Part shown: positions 41,655-51,193 of the stretch, in pieces
How positions within the stretch are numbered: the first letter of the stretch is position 1
How the letters are laid out: the number at the start of each line of letters is the position of its first letter
NCBI GenBank assembly: GCA_036569845.1
Contig: DATCPY010000180.1
Span: forward strand, 1 to 51,217
From: Candidatus Limnocylindria bacterium
GTDB lineage: Bacteria; Chloroflexota; Limnocylindria; P2-11E
Direction of reading: 5' to 3'
Length of the DNA: 51,217 bases
Notes under the pieces: generated by a model
The model's database searches: none
What the model saw: the letters and a program-made list of their open reading frames with translations, nothing else
What the model was told of the DNA's origin: nothing
Made by a program: the position numbers and the translations under genes

Positions 41655-42625
41655 ACGGGCGCGGCCTTCACGGCATGCTCCGCGAGGATCCGGGCCAGGA
41701 CCCGCGTGTCGGCGTTCCCACCGCTCACGATGAGGACCGTCTTCCCGCGCGCCCGGACCGCGCCGGATCGCACCGCGGCGAGCGTCGCCGCGCCCGACGG
41801 CTCAACGAGCAGGGACAGCCGCTCGAGGTAGTCGTAGGTGGCCGACTCGAGCGCCGCGTCGGTCACGGTGACGATGTCGTCGACGTACTTGCGCACGAGA
41901 TCGACGTTCAGCTGCTCCGTCCCTTTCGCCACGAGCTTGTCCGCGACGCTGTGGGGCTGCTCGACGATGACCGGATGGCCGGCCTCGCGCGACCGGCGCA
42001 CGGCGTCGGCGCCCTCAGGCTCCACGCCGACGACCCGCACGTCCGGTCGCCGCTCCTTGAGCGCGAGCGCGGTGCCGGCGATCAGCCCGCCGCCGCCCAC
42101 CGGCACGATCACCAGATCGACATCCGGGACGTCATCGAGGATCTCGAGCCCGATCGTTCCCTGGCCCGCGATGATGAGCGGGTCGGCGTACGGGTGCACG
42201 AACGTCATGCCCTGGTCGCGCTCGATCCGGTGCGCGAGCGCGAGCGTGTCGTCGTACATCTCACCTTCGAGGAGCACCTGGGCGCCGTACGCACGACAGA
42301 CGCCGACGATCGTGTCCGAGACGCCTCGCGGCATGACCACCGTCGCCGGCGCGCCGAGCCGGTAGGCCGCGTATGAGACGCCCTGGGCATGGCTGCCGGC
42401 GGACGCCGCGACGACGCCGCGCGAGCGGTGCTCGTCGTCGAGCGACGCGATCTTGTTCAGCGCACCGCGCACCTTGAACGTGCGCGTGGGCTTGAACGTC
42501 TCGATCTTGAGCAGGATCTCAGCGCCGAGGAGCTGCGACAGGTACGGGCTGCGCTCGATCGGCGCGCGCGGCAGGTATCGGTCGGCGATGAGTCGCGCGG
42601 CCTCGACGTCGCGAACGCTCAGCAC
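41651..42625 (-). CDS. PLP-dependent threonine dehydratase/ammonia-lyase, short form without ACT domain
   Basis: 324 aa. PLP-lysine motif ETFKPTRTFKVRGALNK; SAGSHAQG; GGGGLIAG. Confidence 0.8.
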   Translation of the reverse strand: MLSVRDVEAARLIADRYLPRAPIERSPYLSQLLGAEILLKIETFKPTRTFKVRGALNKIASLDDEHRSRGVVAASAGSHAQGVSYAAYRLGAPATVVMPRGVSDTIVGVCRAYGAQVLLEGEMYDDTLALAHRIERDQGMTFVHPYADPLIIAGQGTIGLEILDDVPDVDLVIVPVGGGGLIAGTALALKERRPDVRVVGVEPEGADAVRRSREAGHPVIVEQPHSVADKLVAKGTEQLNVDLVRKYVDDIVTVTDAALESATYDYLERLSLLVEPSGAATLAAVRSGAVRARGKTVLIVSGGNADTRVLARILAEHAVKAAPV

Positions 42626-42631
42626 CGCGCG

Positions 42632-42639
42632 ACGATACT
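42632..42639. promoter_or_regulatory. Overlapping back-to-back -10-like hexamers in the 20-nt divergent gap between the dehydratase gene and prmC
   Basis: Minus strand TATCGT (complement of 42632-42637) lies 6 nt before GTG 42625. Plus strand GATACT (42634-42639) lies 6 nt before GTG 42646. Neither gene has a Shine-Dalgarno. Confidence 0.35.
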
Positions 42640-42645
42640 TCCAAC

Positions 42646-43497
42646 GTGGTTACCCGCGGCGAAGCCCGCGCCCGCGCGACCGACGCGCTGCGCCGAGCGG
42701 GCGCGCCGACCCCCGCGCTCGACGCGGATGTGCTGCTCGCGCACGTCCTCGACGTCGCGAAGGAGGCGCTCGTCGCGCATCCCGAGGTCGTCCTCAGGGC
42801 GGATGAGGAGTCGCGGTTCGGCGCAATGGTCGCCAAGCGGGCCGAAGGCGTGCCGGTCGCGTACCTGCGCGGCTTCAAGGAGTTCTACGGGCTTCGCTTC
42901 GCCGTCGATCCGCGCGTGCTCGTGCCGCGGCCCGAGACGGAGGTGCTCGTCGACGCGGTCCGCGCGCAGGCCGGCGATCGCGCGCTCACGGTGGTCGACG
43001 TCGGCACGGGCTCAGGTGCGATCGCCATCGCGCTCGCGGTGAGCGCCCCGCGGCTCCGGCTCATCGCGACGGACGTGTCGTCCGCCGCACTGGCCGTCGC
43101 GCGGGCGAACGCCGCCGCGCACGGGGCGCGGATCGACTTTCGCCAGGGCGATCTCCTCGCGCCGATCACCGAGCGCGTCGACATCGTCGCCGCGAATCTG
43201 CCGTACCTCCGCGATGACGCGCTCGAGGAGCTCGCCGGCGACCGGACCTCGCTCGCGTTCGAGCCCCGCGTCGCGACGGTCGCGGGATCGGACGGCCTCG
43301 CGCTCGTGCGCCACGCGATCGCGGATCTGCCGCGCGTCCTTGCGCCGGACGGCGCGGCGTTCTTCGAATGCGATCCACCACAGGTCGAGCCGATCGCGGC
43401 GTGGCTGCGCTCGGTCGGCGGGGTCGACGTGTTGAAGGACCTCGCTGGGCTCGATCGCGTCGTGCGGATGCGCCGCTCGCTAGGATTGCCGGAGTGA
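42646..43497 (+). CDS. prmC: Release-factor glutamine N5-methyltransferase
   Basis: 283 aa. AYL.G...F.GL.F.V....LVPRPETE, SAM motif VDVGTGSGAIA, and the substrate motif as NLPY (a variant of NPPY). Confidence 0.85.
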   Translation: MVTRGEARARATDALRRAGAPTPALDADVLLAHVLDVAKEALVAHPEVVLRADEESRFGAMVAKRAEGVPVAYLRGFKEFYGLRFAVDPRVLVPRPETEVLVDAVRAQAGDRALTVVDVGTGSGAIAIALAVSAPRLRLIATDVSSAALAVARANAAAHGARIDFRQGDLLAPITERVDIVAANLPYLRDDALEELAGDRTSLAFEPRVATVAGSDGLALVRHAIADLPRVLAPDGAAFFECDPPQVEPIAAWLRSVGGVDVLKDLAGLDRVVRMRRSLGLPE

Positions 43498-44096
43498 AGA
43501 CCCGCCTCCTTCCGGCGGACGCGCCAGGGGCGGTGGAAGAGGCCGCGACGGCACTCGCGAACGGGGAGCTCGTCGCATTTCCCACCGACACCGTCTATGG
43601 CCTTGCCGCCGGCCATGACCACCTCCGCAAGCTGTACGTCGCGAAGGACCGACCGAAGGACAAGCGCATCCCGATCCTGCTGTCCGAGGCCGGGAATTTG
43701 GAAGCGAGCGCGATGGTCACGCCGGCGGCCCGCGCGCTCGCGGCGCGGTTCTGGCCGGGTCCATTGACGATCGTCCTCGTCGCGCCGCGTCGCGGCACGA
43801 TCGCGTTCCGCGTTCCCGCGAACGACGTCGCGCGGCGGATCATCGCCGCGAGCGGCGGCGGTCTTCCGGTCACGAGCGCGAACCGCTCGGGTAAGCCCGA
43901 GACGACGACCGCGCAGCAGGTGCTCGAGCAGCTCGACGGCCGCGTCGCGATCATCCTCGACGGTGGCACGACTCCGCTCGGCCAGAGCTCCACGATCGTC
44001 GATTGCACGACCGAGCCGCTCACCGTCCTTCGCGAAGGATCGATCACCAAGGCGCAGCTCGAGGAAGCCCTGCTCGGAGTGGAGTCGTACTCGTGA
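43494..44096 (+). CDS. tsaC: L-threonylcarbamoyladenylate synthase (TsaC/YwlC/Sua5 family, single domain)
   Basis: GELVAFPTDTVYGLAA, K.RP...PI.LL, WPGPLT and ...SANRSG motifs. GTG 43494 sits in a GTGA overlap with the prmC stop. Confidence 0.85.
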   Translation: MKTRLLPADAPGAVEEAATALANGELVAFPTDTVYGLAAGHDHLRKLYVAKDRPKDKRIPILLSEAGNLEASAMVTPAARALAARFWPGPLTIVLVAPRRGTIAFRVPANDVARRIIAASGGGLPVTSANRSGKPETTTAQQVLEQLDGRVAIILDGGTTPLGQSSTIVDCTTEPLTVLREGSITKAQLEEALLGVESYS

Positions 44097-44545
44097 GGAT
44101 CGCGATCGCCGCCGACCACGCGGGCGTCGAGCTGCGGGATCAGCTCGCGCATCACCTCCGGCTCAAGGGCTACGACGTCGACGACCTCTCGCCGGAGAAC
44201 GATCCCGATGACGATTACCCGCTCATCGTCGAACCCATCGCACGCGCGATCGCGAGCGGGCGCTACGAGCGCGGCATCTTCTGCTGCGGCTCGGGCATCG
44301 GCCCGGCGGTCGCGGCGAACAAGATCGCCGGCGTGCGCGCGGCGGTCGTCGAGAACGAGTGGTCGGCCCGTGACGGCGTGGAGCACGTGAACGTGAATCT
44401 CCTGACCCTCGGCGAGCGCGTCATCGGTGTCGAGCTTGCGAAGTCCATCGTCGACGCGTACCTCGGCGCCAAGGTCCAGGGCGACCGCCACGAGCGACGC
44501 CGCAAGCAGATCGAAGATCTGGAAAAGGTGAGGGCAAAAGCATGA
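44093..44545 (+). CDS. rpiB: Ribose-5-phosphate isomerase B
   Basis: [16 protein letters not shown]......G..V.D; active-site loop [20 protein letters not shown] 44093 sits in a GTGA overlap with the tsaC stop. Confidence 0.85.
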   Translation: MRIAIAADHAGVELRDQLAHHLRLKGYDVDDLSPENDPDDDYPLIVEPIARAIASGRYERGIFCCGSGIGPAVAANKIAGVRAAVVENEWSARDGVEHVNVNLLTLGERVIGVELAKSIVDAYLGAKVQGDRHERRRKQIEDLEKVRAKA

Positions 44546-45810
44546 GTGAGCTCGAACGCGTCGATCCCGAGATCTACCAGGCGATCGAGAGCGAGCGTCG
44601 CCGCCAGGTCGAGAAGATCGAGCTCATCGCTTCGGAGAACTACACCAGCCAGGCCGTGATGGACGCCGTCGGCAGCGTGCTCACGAACAAGTACGCCGAG
44701 GGATACCCGGGGCATCGCTACTACGGCGGCTGCGAATGGGTCGACGTTGCCGAGTCGCTCGCGATCGAGCGCGCGAAAGCGCTCTTCGGCGCGGAGCACG
44801 CCAACGTGCAGCCCCATGCCGGCGCGCAGGCGAACATGTCCGCGTACGCCGCGATCATCAAGCCGGGAGATGTCGTGCTCGGCATGGCTCTCGATCAGGG
44901 TGGGCATCTGACCCACGGCTCGCCGGTGAACTTCTCCGCGCAGCTCTACAAGTTCGTGCCGTACGGAGTGAAGCGCGACGACGAGACCATCGACTACGAG
45001 GCGCTCGAGGCGCTTGCCAACGAGCACCACCCGAAGCTCATCGTCGCCGGCGCGACGGCGTACCCGCGGTTCTTCGACTTTCCGCGGATGCGAAAGATCG
45101 CCGACAGCGTTGGCGCGCTCCTGATGGTGGACATGGCCCACTTCGCGGGCCTCGTCGCGGCGGGGGAGCACCCGAACCCGGTCCCGCACGCGCAGATCGT
45201 GACGACGACCACGCACAAGACCCTGCGCGGCCCGCGCGGCGGGATGATCCTCTGCACCCAGGAGTACGCCAAGGCCGTGGACAAGGCCGTCTTCCCGTAC
45301 GCCCAGGGTGGGCCGCTGATGCACGTCATCGCCGGCAAGGCCGTGGCCCTCAAGGAGGCCGCGTTGCCCGAGTTCAAGACGTACGCGAAGCAGATCCGCG
45401 CGAACGCGCGCACGCTGGCGGCTGCGCTCGCGACGGCCGGCCTGCGCGTCGTCTCGGGTGGGACCGACAACCACCTCATGCTGGTCGACGTCCGGCCGGT
45501 GAACCTCACCGGGAAGGGCGCCGAGCGGCTCCTCGACGCGGTCGGGATCACCGTCAACAAGAACACCATCCCGTACGACCCTCAGAAGCCAGGCACGGCC
45601 TCCGGCATCCGCATCGGCACGCCGGCCATCACGACGCGCGGCATGAAGGAAGCGGAGATGGAGCGTATCGGCGCGCTCATCGCGCGGGCGCTACGCGAGG
45701 CGAAGGACGAGACGATCGCGAAGCAGATCGCCGACGAGGTGCTCGACCTCACCCAGCGATTCCCGGTACCGGGTATCAGCCCGATCACCCGGGAGCCGGC
45801 CAGAGCCTGA
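44542..45810 (+). CDS. glyA: Serine hydroxymethyltransferase
   Basis: 422 aa with [21 protein letters not shown] and the PLP-lysine motif [18 protein letters not shown] overlap with the rpiB stop. Confidence 0.95.
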   Translation: MSELERVDPEIYQAIESERRRQVEKIELIASENYTSQAVMDAVGSVLTNKYAEGYPGHRYYGGCEWVDVAESLAIERAKALFGAEHANVQPHAGAQANMSAYAAIIKPGDVVLGMALDQGGHLTHGSPVNFSAQLYKFVPYGVKRDDETIDYEALEALANEHHPKLIVAGATAYPRFFDFPRMRKIADSVGALLMVDMAHFAGLVAAGEHPNPVPHAQIVTTTTHKTLRGPRGGMILCTQEYAKAVDKAVFPYAQGGPLMHVIAGKAVALKEAALPEFKTYAKQIRANARTLAAALATAGLRVVSGGTDNHLMLVDVRPVNLTGKGAERLLDAVGITVNKNTIPYDPQKPGTASGIRIGTPAITTRGMKEAEMERIGALIARALREAKDETIAKQIADEVLDLTQRFPVPGISPITREPARA

Positions 45811-46436
45811 CCGACCAGCTCCACGTCTCGACCCACCCGCTCGTTCGGGAGAAGGTGACGCGCCTTCGTGACGAGCGGACGCCTCCGCCCGAGTTCCGGC
45901 GGCTGGTCCACGAGATCGCGCTTCTGGTGCTGTACGAGGCGACGGCAGACCTCGGGACCGTGGCGGCCGACGTCCGGACGCCGCTGGCGCCATATACAGG
46001 AGCGCGGCTCAGCCAGACGGTCGGGTTGGTGCCTGTCTTGCGAGCAGGCATCGGCATGGTCGAGGCGGCGCTCCAGCTCATCCCCGAAGCCCAGGTCTGG
46101 CACATCGGGCTGTTCCGCGACGAGCACACCCTTCGGCCGATCGAGTACTACAACAAGCTCCCGTCGTCGGCGACCGCGCAGGTCTGCCTGGTCCTCGATC
46201 CGATGCTCGCCACCGGTGGCTCCTCGGTCGCCACGATCGAGATCCTCAAGCGGTGGGGCGCGCGGAGCGTGAAGTACGTCGGGCTCATCGCGGCGCCCGA
46301 GGGGGTCAAGGCCCTGAGCGAGGCCCATCCCGACGTGCCGATCCACGTCGCGTCCCTCGACGAGCGGTTGAACGAGAAGGGCTACATCGTCCCGGGCCTC
46401 GGTGACGCGGGCGACCGACAGTTCGGTACGAGCTGA
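45807..46436 (+). CDS. upp: Uracil phosphoribosyltransferase; CTG start in a CTGA overlap proposed
   Basis: (L)[24 protein letters not shown]... aligns with the N-terminus of known Upp proteins ([20 protein letters not shown] in E. coli). The PRPP motif is [12 protein letters not shown]; C-terminal [12 protein letters not shown]. This gives 209 aa. The only canonical in-frame start near the 5' end is GTG 45855, which would delete the HPLV region. Confidence 0.85.
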   Translation: MTDQLHVSTHPLVREKVTRLRDERTPPPEFRRLVHEIALLVLYEATADLGTVAADVRTPLAPYTGARLSQTVGLVPVLRAGIGMVEAALQLIPEAQVWHIGLFRDEHTLRPIEYYNKLPSSATAQVCLVLDPMLATGGSSVATIEILKRWGARSVKYVGLIAAPEGVKALSEAHPDVPIHVASLDERLNEKGYIVPGLGDAGDRQFGTS

Positions 46437-47554
46437 TGGAGAGCGTCTTCACCGCGGTCGGCTCATCCACGCTGCTCCTCTTCGTCGGCTCCGCGCTGCT
46501 CGCGTTCGTGTCGGCGCTCGCCGCGACGCCGATCGTCGGCGCGGTCGCGCGGCGGCTCGGTCTGATGGACGTGCCCGGCGGGCGGCGCCAACACCCCGAG
46601 CCCATCCCGCGGATCGGCGGCCTTGGGATCGCGATCGCGTTCGGACTCGCGATCTTCGCGTTCTGGCTCGTTGACCGGTTGAACGGGCATCCGTTCCTCA
46701 TCCCGGAGGAGGTCCGCACGCCGCGGTTCACGCTCACCGCGCTGGCCGCGTTCCTGGGCCTCGCCGTCGGCCTGCTGGACGACGCGCTCGACCTGCGCGC
46801 CCGCTGGCAGATGCTCGGCTACTTCGCGATCGCGGCGATCATCGTGGCCGCCGGCATCCGCATCGGATTCGTCAACGATCCGCGTGGTGACGGCCTCATC
46901 CAGCTCGCGCCACCGATCGCCATCGGGTTCACGGTCTTCTGGATCGTCGGCATGAACAACGCGCTGAACTTCATCGACGGCCTGGACGGCCTTGCTGCGG
47001 GAGTCGCCGCCATCGCGGCGGTCGCGCTCGGGGCCACCGCCTTGCTCCCCGCGGTCAACGAGCCCTTTGTGGCCTGGATGAACTTCACCCTCGCCGGTGC
47101 GATCGCCGGCTTCCTCGTGTTCAACTTCCATCCGGCCAAGGTCTTCCTCGGGACCACCGGCGTGGCGTTCATCGGGACGATGCTCGCGGTGCTCTCCATC
47201 TTCGGCACGGCCAAAGTCGCCGCCGCGCTCCTCGTGCTCGGCGTCCCGATCATCGACACCTTCTACGTGATCATCCGCCGCATCGTCACCGGACAGGCGC
47301 CGTTCGCGCCCGACCGCGGCCACTTCCACCACAAGCTGCTCGACGTCGGTCTCTCCCACCGGCAGGCCGTGCTGCTGATCTACGCGATCACCCTCGGGCT
47401 CGGCGCGCTCGCGTTCGTGTCGAGCGGCCGCGCGCAGACCTACTCGTTCGTCGGGCTGCTTGCGGTGTTCGGGATCGCGGTGCTCGCGCTCTCACAGCGG
47501 AGCGCGAAGGCCGAGGAGCTCGATCCGACCCTCTATCCGGAGAAGGCCGAATAG
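46436..47554 (+). CDS. wecA: GT4-family polyprenyl-phosphate GlcNAc-1-phosphate transferase (WecA/TagO/Rfe-like)
   Basis: 372 aa, about 11 TM helices. ...PRIGGLGI..., DD..DL and NA.NFIDGLDGLAAG motifs of the MraY/WecA family. The ATG overlaps the upp TGA (TGATG). Confidence 0.85.
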   Translation: MESVFTAVGSSTLLLFVGSALLAFVSALAATPIVGAVARRLGLMDVPGGRRQHPEPIPRIGGLGIAIAFGLAIFAFWLVDRLNGHPFLIPEEVRTPRFTLTALAAFLGLAVGLLDDALDLRARWQMLGYFAIAAIIVAAGIRIGFVNDPRGDGLIQLAPPIAIGFTVFWIVGMNNALNFIDGLDGLAAGVAAIAAVALGATALLPAVNEPFVAWMNFTLAGAIAGFLVFNFHPAKVFLGTTGVAFIGTMLAVLSIFGTAKVAAALLVLGVPIIDTFYVIIRRIVTGQAPFAPDRGHFHHKLLDVGLSHRQAVLLIYAITLGLGALAFVSSGRAQTYSFVGLLAVFGIAVLALSQRSAKAEELDPTLYPEKAE

Positions 47555-48465
47555 CGAAGGGGACGATCAAGGTCGGGACCTGCAGCTGGACCGACCCCAC
47601 GCTCATCGCCTCGGGTTGGTATCCCGAGAAGATCGCGAAGAAAGCGGACGAGCGCTTGCGGTTCTACGCGGACCGCTTCCCGGTGGTCGAGAACGATGCC
47701 TCGTACTACGCGCTACCCGACCCGAAGCAGGCCCAGCTGTGGACGGAGCGCACGCCGGACGGCTTCACGATGGACTTCAAGGCGTTCGGCGCGATCACGA
47801 CCCATCCGATCGATCCGACGCGCCTCCCGAAGAACATCCGCGAGACGCTCCTGGCCGCGGCCCAGGAGAAGCGCCGGCTGTACCCGAAGGATCTCCCGGC
47901 CGAGATCCGCGACGAGATCCACGCGCGCTTCTGGGTCGCGCTCGAGCCGATGCGCAAGACCGGCAAGCTCGGCGCGATCCTGCTGCAGTACCCGGATTGG
48001 TTCGTCATCTCGCACCAGAACAAGGACGAGATCCTCCATGCCCGCGAGCGGCTGCCCGATGACCGGCTCGCCGTCGAGTTCCGCAACGAGACCTGGATGA
48101 GCGAGCGCAATCGGGCCGAGACGCTCAAGTTCTTGGCCGACCACGACCTCACCTACGTGGCGGTGGACGAGCCGCAGGGCTTCCTCTCGAGCGTGCCGCC
48201 GGTCGCGGCCGCGACGTCGCCGCGCCTCGCGATCGTCCGGTTCCACGGCCGGAACGCCGAGAACTGGAAGAAAAAAGGCCTGACCGCCGCCGAGCGCTTC
48301 GACTACTCGTACTCCAAGGAGGAGCTCTCCGAGTGGCTCGGGAAGATCGAACACCTGGCCGAGGAGACCGAGGAGGTCCACGTCCTGATGAACAACTGCT
48401 ACGGCGACAAGGCGGTGAGCAACGCCGCCGATATCGCGAAGCTGCTGGCGAAAGACGCAGACTAG
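47551..48465 (+). CDS. DUF72 domain protein; non-canonical start (ATA 47551 in an ATAG overlap, or ATC 47566) proposed
   Basis: The track ORF starts at TTG 47656 (MRFYADRFPVVENDASYYALP). In-frame upstream codons read AKGTIKVGTCSWTDPTLIASGWYPEKIAKKADER, matching the conserved DUF72 N-terminus (i.iGtsGW....W...fYP). There is no ATG/GTG/TTG in frame in that stretch. Confidence 0.7.
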   Translation: MAKGTIKVGTCSWTDPTLIASGWYPEKIAKKADERLRFYADRFPVVENDASYYALPDPKQAQLWTERTPDGFTMDFKAFGAITTHPIDPTRLPKNIRETLLAAAQEKRRLYPKDLPAEIRDEIHARFWVALEPMRKTGKLGAILLQYPDWFVISHQNKDEILHARERLPDDRLAVEFRNETWMSERNRAETLKFLADHDLTYVAVDEPQGFLSSVPPVAAATSPRLAIVRFHGRNAENWKKKGLTAAERFDYSYSKEELSEWLGKIEHLAEETEEVHVLMNNCYGDKAVSNAADIAKLLAKDAD

Positions 48466-48466
48466 G

Positions 48467-50323
48467 ATGCCGCTCGTGTCACGACCGATCTCCGACTTCG
48501 AGCCGCGCGAGCGCATCGCGCCGATCCCGCACACCACCCGGCGGTTCTCCTGCCGCTCGGCGCTCGCGATCTCGCCGGACAACCGCACCCTCGCGTTCAT
48601 CGCCGATCTCGGTGCGGGCACGTTCTCCGCGTGGACCATCACGAAGGGCGGGAAGCCCTCGCCCGCGCTCGGCGTGGATGGCGCGGCCCTCCGCTCATTG
48701 AGCTGGTCGAAGCGCGGCGATCTCATTGGCGCGGCCGACCGCGGCGGCACCGAGCTCCATCAGTTGTACGTCGCGCGGACCGATGAGCGGGTCGAGAAGC
48801 TCTCGTGGAGCGACGGCGAGCGCGTCCAGCGGCTCCTCTCATGGAACGCCATCTCGCCGGACGGCAAACGCGTCGCGTTCTCGTCGAACGCGCGCCAGCC
48901 CACGGACATGGACATCGTCATCGAGGACGTCGAGACCGCGACCGAGCGCGCGCTCGTCACGGGACCGACGTGGTACGTCGCCGGCGGCTGGTCACCCGAT
49001 GGCCGGGCGCTCCTCGTCATGCGCGTGCAGGCGAACACCGATCAGGATCTCTTCGTCGTCGACCCCGACTCCGGCGCGCTGCGCCACTTGACCCCGCACC
49101 GTCCCGAAGATGGGGGCGACGTCTCGAACGTCCCGGCGGGGTGGCTCGCAGACGGCCGGCCGGTCGGCATCACCGACCACGGGCGCGAGCATCTGTACCT
49201 CGCGGCGTACGACGCGACGACCGGTGCGCGCGAGATCATCGACGCACCGGACTGGGACGTCGAGCTCGCGGCGTCGTCGGCGGATGGCCGGGTCCAGATC
49301 TGGTCGGTGAACGTGGACGGCTACTCGACGCTGCGCTGGCAGCGCGATCGCAAGCGCGGCGGCGAGCACGAGCTGCACGGGGTGTGCGAGGACCTCATCG
49401 TCTCGGCCGACGGCTCGATCGCGGCGTTCTGCCGGACGTCAGCGACCGAGACCCCGCAGCTCTGGGTGCTCGACCTCGCGACCGGTGCGGCGCGGATGGT
49501 GTTCGAGACGACCCGCACCGTACCGTCGAGCGGGCTCGTCCAGCCCGAGCTCATCCGGATCAAGGCCGCGGACGGCGACATCCCGTGCTTCGTCTACCGG
49601 CCTCGCTCAAATGGGGGCGCGACCCGCCGGACGCCCGCGGTCCTCTATCCGCACGGCGGCCCCGAGGGGCAATCGCGCCCGAGCTTCACGAGCTCAGCCG
49701 CGTACCTGCTCGCGCTCATCGACCGCGGCTTCACCCTCGTCGTGCCGAACATCCACGGCTCGACCGGCTACGGCCTGTCCTGGCAGAAGGCGATCCATCG
49801 CGACTGGGGCGGGATCGACGCGCGCGATCTCCGGGCCGTCGCCGATTGGATGGCTGCCGACCCGCGCATCGACCCGACCCGGCTCGCCGTGTATGGCGGC
49901 TCGTACGGGGGCTTCGCGACGCTCGTCTGCGTCACGACGATGCCGGAGCGGTGGAAGTGCGCCGTCGACGTCTTCGGCGTCGCGAATCTCGTGACGATGA
50001 TCGAGCACGCCCAGCCGAACTGGCGTCGCTTCCTCAAGCTGTGGATCGGCGATCTCGAGACGGACCGGGCAAAGCTCGTCGAGCGCTCGCCGATCACGCA
50101 CATGGACAAGGTGCGCTGCCCGATGCTCGTCGTGCAGGGGACGAACGACCCGCGGGTGCCGAAAGAGGAATCCGATCAGGTCGTCGAGCAGCTACGGGCG
50201 CGCGGCATCCCGGTCGAGTACATGGTCTTCGAGGACGAAGGTCACGGCTTCACGAAGCGTGCGAACTCCGACAAGGCGCACACGCGGATCATCGACTTCC
50301 TCACGGAGCAGCTCGGAAGCTAG
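48467..50323 (+). CDS. S9 family serine peptidase (prolyl-oligopeptidase/acylaminoacyl-peptidase type), copy 2
   Basis: 618 aa. Beta-propeller repeats (SPDG.RVAF) and the nucleophile motif GGSYGGFAT; ...VQGTNDPRVP...EDEGHGF. Confidence 0.85.
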   Translation: MPLVSRPISDFEPRERIAPIPHTTRRFSCRSALAISPDNRTLAFIADLGAGTFSAWTITKGGKPSPALGVDGAALRSLSWSKRGDLIGAADRGGTELHQLYVARTDERVEKLSWSDGERVQRLLSWNAISPDGKRVAFSSNARQPTDMDIVIEDVETATERALVTGPTWYVAGGWSPDGRALLVMRVQANTDQDLFVVDPDSGALRHLTPHRPEDGGDVSNVPAGWLADGRPVGITDHGREHLYLAAYDATTGAREIIDAPDWDVELAASSADGRVQIWSVNVDGYSTLRWQRDRKRGGEHELHGVCEDLIVSADGSIAAFCRTSATETPQLWVLDLATGAARMVFETTRTVPSSGLVQPELIRIKAADGDIPCFVYRPRSNGGATRRTPAVLYPHGGPEGQSRPSFTSSAAYLLALIDRGFTLVVPNIHGSTGYGLSWQKAIHRDWGGIDARDLRAVADWMAADPRIDPTRLAVYGGSYGGFATLVCVTTMPERWKCAVDVFGVANLVTMIEHAQPNWRRFLKLWIGDLETDRAKLVERSPITHMDKVRCPMLVVQGTNDPRVPKEESDQVVEQLRARGIPVEYMVFEDEGHGFTKRANSDKAHTRIIDFLTEQLGS

Positions 50324-50754
50324 CGGAGCGCGACCCGCTTCACGTACCGCGTCGCGTACACCTCGTCGCCGAAGCTGAGGATCTTGTTGTCCACCCAGCC
50401 CGTGGGCAGCATCGCCGCTTGGATGTCGTCCCACGACAGCAGGCCCGGTTTCAGGAACGGCTTCTTCCATCCGGCCACCCAGATCGCGCCTTCGGTGCTG
50501 GTGACGCGCACGAGCTCGCGCGCGAGGTCGTTAGCGCCGATCGGCTCGAGCGCGAAGCAGAGGCACAGGCCGAACCGCGCGGCGCGATAGCGGAGCGGCA
50601 GATCGAGCTCGGCGCGGTCGAGCTGGCCGGCGAGGTGCTCGATCGGCCGGTCGTACGTCGCGATCTCGCCGATCCGTACCGCCGGCAGGCCGTCGGGGAT
50701 GCCGAGCTTCGGGACGACCTCGTCCGCCGCGCGAAGACCGTTGGGCCGTGGCAC
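50320..50754 (-). CDS. DUF3052 domain protein
   Basis: The C-terminal half GAIWVAGWKKPFLKPGLLSWDDIQAAMLPTGWVDNKILSFGDEVYATRYVKR matches my recollection of the DUF3052 pattern (alWvawPKk.s...tdlt.d.vr..alp.GlvDvKv.avde.WsglkfV.R). GTG 50754 is the last in-frame start before the PKLGIP N-terminal motif. The track ORF (to 51138) is antisense to the response regulator. Confidence 0.6.
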   Translation of the reverse strand: MPRPNGLRAADEVVPKLGIPDGLPAVRIGEIATYDRPIEHLAGQLDRAELDLPLRYRAARFGLCLCFALEPIGANDLARELVRVTSTEGAIWVAGWKKPFLKPGLLSWDDIQAAMLPTGWVDNKILSFGDEVYATRYVKRVALR

Positions 50755-50796
50755 CGGCCCAGTATCGGTCGGAGAAGCGCATGGACCGCCGCTTGC

Positions 50797-51180
50797 ATGG
50801 TCGGTCGCATGGTCCTCATCGAACGACGCGCTCGTCCGATCCTCATCGTCGATGATGACCTGGACATCCTCGCCGTCGAGCGGAGCGTCCTGGCCGAGGA
50901 GGGGTACTCGGTCCGCGAAGCCCACAACGGCGCCGAGGCCCTGGTGGCGCTCGAAGCGGATCCGCCGGCGATGATCGTCCTCGACGTGAACATGCCGGGC
51001 ATCGACGGTCCGACCTTCGCCCGCGAGCTGCGCACGCGACTGCGGCACGTGCCGCTGGTCATCCTCACGGCCGCGTCCGATCCGAAGCACGAAGCCGATC
51101 GCTGCAACGCGGAGGCGTACCTCGCGAAGCCGTTCCACGCCGAAGACCTGCTCCGCCTCGTGCGCCGCTTCTCGACGTAA
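50797..51180 (+). CDS. Single-domain (CheY-like) response regulator
   Basis: This is the tail of track ORF 48805..51180. MVGRMVLIERRARPILIVDDDLDILAVE...MIVLDVNMPGIDG...PLVILTA...YLAKPF. The start is ATG 50797 or 50809. Confidence 0.8.
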   Translation: MVGRMVLIERRARPILIVDDDLDILAVERSVLAEEGYSVREAHNGAEALVALEADPPAMIVLDVNMPGIDGPTFARELRTRLRHVPLVILTAASDPKHEADRCNAEAYLAKPFHAEDLLRLVRRFST

Positions 51181-51193
51181 CTACCATCCGCCA

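Noticed and set aside
21449-50323. The two S9 peptidases, two PIG-L genes and two GH3 genes as evidence of a large segmental duplication or repeat
   Set aside because: The paralogues differ in length and are extensively diverged at the protein level, and their flanking genes are unrelated. They are old paralogues, not recent repeats.
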